Source: the human T2T-CHM13v2.0 reference genome, Homo sapiens
Strand: one strand, 5' to 3'
NCBI RefSeq assembly: GCF_009914755.1
Contig: NC_060930.1
DNA: 64,000 nucleotides
The notes below the pieces were generated by a model. The model made no database searches. It saw nothing but the letters and a program-made list of their open reading frames with translations, and was not told where the DNA came from. Each line of letters starts with the position of its first letter. Position 1 is the stretch's first letter. Of the stretch, positions 55,342-64,000 are shown in pieces. A program made the translations under genes and the position numbers.

Positions 55342-55649
55342 TTTTTTTTTTTTTTTTTTTTTTTGAGACGAAGTCTGGCTCTGTTGCCCAGGCTAGAGTG
55401 CAGTGGCGCTATCTCGGCTCACTGCAAGCTCCACCTCCTGGGTTCAACCACTCTCCTGCCTCAGCCTCCCGACTAGCTGGGACTACAGGCACCCCTGTAT
55501 TCCCACGCCTGGCTAATTATTTGTATTTTTAGTAGAGACAGGGTTTCACCACGTTAGCCAGAATGGTCTCAATCTCCTGACCTTGTGATCCGCCCGCCTC
55601 GGCCTCCCAAAGTGCTGGGATTACAGGTGTGAGCCACTGCTGCCCGGCC
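55342..55649 (-). mobile_element. AluY-like
   Basis: 17-bp TSD agggtagggtaactttt (55329-55345, 55650-55666). Confidence 0.93.
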
Positions 55650-55776
55650 AGGGTAGGGTAACTTTTAATATGTCTATTTAATGTATCAAGAATTAGAAAA
55701 ATAACATATCAATCTCATTTCACGGATATTACTTCTTAGGATGACGCTAGATTTTTTTTTTAATGAGTTCGTTTTT

Positions 55777-55900
55777 GGCTGGGAGCATTGGCTCATGCCT
55801 ATAATCCCAACATTTTAGGAGGCCAAGGCAGGAGATCACTTGAGACCAGGAGTTTGAGACCAGGCTGGGCAACATAGTGAGACCCTGTCTCTACTAAAAA
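55777..55900 (+). mobile_element. Alu left monomer (FLAM_C-like)
   Basis: ggctgggagcattggctcatgcc...gagaccctgtctctactaaaaa with no right arm. Confidence 0.8.
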
Positions 55901-56595
55901 GCAATTAATTCAAATAAGTCAATTTAATAAAAATGTTAAGTGAATAAAAGTGCAGATATTTTGAGGATATGCAAAATTCAAGAAAGTTTTTATATATGAC
56001 TAAGGGTTTTGAAACTCTGCTTTTATCTACAGAAGCAAAAGGAGTCTTCATGGCTCACACACTGCCAGCCCAGTTCTGCAGGGGCTTAACTAGAAAGACA
56101 AGGTAGTTAAGTAAACGCTTCGGCATTTGGAAATCACGAATTATACTTCTAATTCCACCATGACATAGGGAACTTCCATTCCTTCTTGGGAAAAATTCTG
56201 GTAGTGGTTGTTCAGCTAATCATCCCTTCTCTCTCCCTCAACCCTTTCTCATATAAGTTAGAAATAGTTCTTTATTTTTCTCTTCCTCTAGTGGACATTG
56301 TTATTATCTCTTTGACTTACCAAAACAGGGATTCCCAAATTAATTTTTTATGTTTCATAATTTTATTCTCTTTTCTTTCTCTCTCCATGTGGCTAATACC
56401 TTTAGTCCTCTCTTATAGGCAGTCCTTTCTGCTGGTCTCTGCCTTGCTGTAACCATGCATGCCTTTCTTAAAGTTTCAGATGACTTCTCACTGTTCTGCA
56501 GGTACTATACAGATCCTGTAAAGAAGCCTTCCTGATTTGAGAAAAAGAATTACACATTAACTCCTTGTGGCTTCCCTTGGCTGGCTATGCTATAG

Positions 56596-61961
<5,366 letters not shown>

Positions 61962-62551
61962 TTTTTTTTTTTTTTCCACAGATCAAAACTAAAAGCTCTT
62001 CTTAGGTTTTTCTCTGGATACATTATACGTATCTTTTCTTTTTGAACTAGAGCCTTATAGCTTTGCAAAGTAACTTTAAAGCCAGATCTACTCCCTTTCA
62101 TCTACACCAACCTCTCTATTATCAACAAGCAGAATCTTGGTGAGGTAAGTTTTAGAATTAAACAGTAATTTTTCTTTTTAAAATTAAGTCATAAATTATT
62201 AACATTAAAGGAGTAGATCTCCAAACACAGAGAGGAAGGACAATGTGAAATACTCATAGATGAGAACAATATTATCATTGTTTAGAATTTCAAAGTTATT
62301 GCACATCTGTCTTAGTCACTAAAGACACTTCTGCACCAATCCTTCCTTCAGTCATATATTCAGGGCTAAGCACCACTGGAATTCAGCAGTCAAAACTCCT
62401 GCCTTCAGGAGCTTACTTTCAGATGAGACACAAAATAAATAAGTAAAATATATGGCACATTGGGGGATGAAAATTACTATGAAGAAAAAGAAAGTAGGGA
62501 AAAGACAGCAAGAATTTTGGAGGAGAATTTAACAATAAAATCACCAGAGTG

Positions 62552-63405
<854 letters not shown>

Positions 63406-64000
63406 TCATTCACACATTAAATGCTCTAAAAAATCCTGCCGAAGGCAACCCATTTCATGTTGATATCCCAACATTTCTCAGTTTTTCTGGACCACAAATC
63501 TCTTATGCAGAGATCACCTGTTTTTTGGAATACACAGTTTGAGAAAGATGCTTCTGGTTTATGAAATCTTAGAAAGGAGATCAAGTGTCTTACTCTTCTT
63601 TGTATCTGGTTAAAAATATTCTCAGTAAATATTTGTGGAATGGATCAACCTCATTAAGCCACATTTATCTAATGCACACTGTCCTTGTACCTTAAAGGAA
63701 GAAGTCAACCCGATTATTTCTAGTAGGTCGTGTTCCTGTGGGCAGTGGGTTCACTTTCAGCCTTCTGTGTAAACCTAGACATTCTCCTCTGCTCACGTCT
63801 CTGTCCTCTCCTGGGTAAGTTAGGAAGCCCGGCAGCCTAAATATACTGAGTTCAAGTACTTAGCAGATTCTTCTCTTGCTTAGCCAATTCTATTTTTACT
63901 GCAGTCTTGCCCTGAAGTACAATACTGCTCCCAGTTATTAATAAATGAATCTAGTCATCATTTCCTGATTGGTTTAGTCCCTGTATATACCGCTCTATGA

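Overview
Primate, almost certainly human, genomic DNA containing the complete GPR63 locus (orphan class A GPCR) on the minus strand. A non-coding first exon lies in a CpG island (donor at 49058/49053, TSS probably ~49.3 kb). A ~37 kb intron follows, then a last exon (acceptor at 11681) with the whole 419-aa CDS (11531..10272) and a ~4.35 kb 3'UTR ending near tandem AATAAA signals at ~5.94 kb. The rest is mostly interspersed repeats (Alu, L1, ERVL pol, MaLR/ERV1 LTRs, Tigger3, MER5, MIR/L2); all other long ORFs are repeat-, antisense- or GC-derived. I see no new multi-gene system. Best leads: (1) a leader with 7-8 uAUGs whose uORFs are re-wired by two donors 5 nt apart, with one TGA separating a strong-Kozak in-frame uORF from the CDS; (2) consensus plus-strand splice sites suggesting a spliced divergent transcript; (3) a ~160-bp inverted templated insertion copied from 12 kb away; (4) a remodelled Na+ pocket (K7.45/G3.39); (5) promoter-region tandem repeats. 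Repeat subfamilies and old-repeat boundaries are by eye and approximate.
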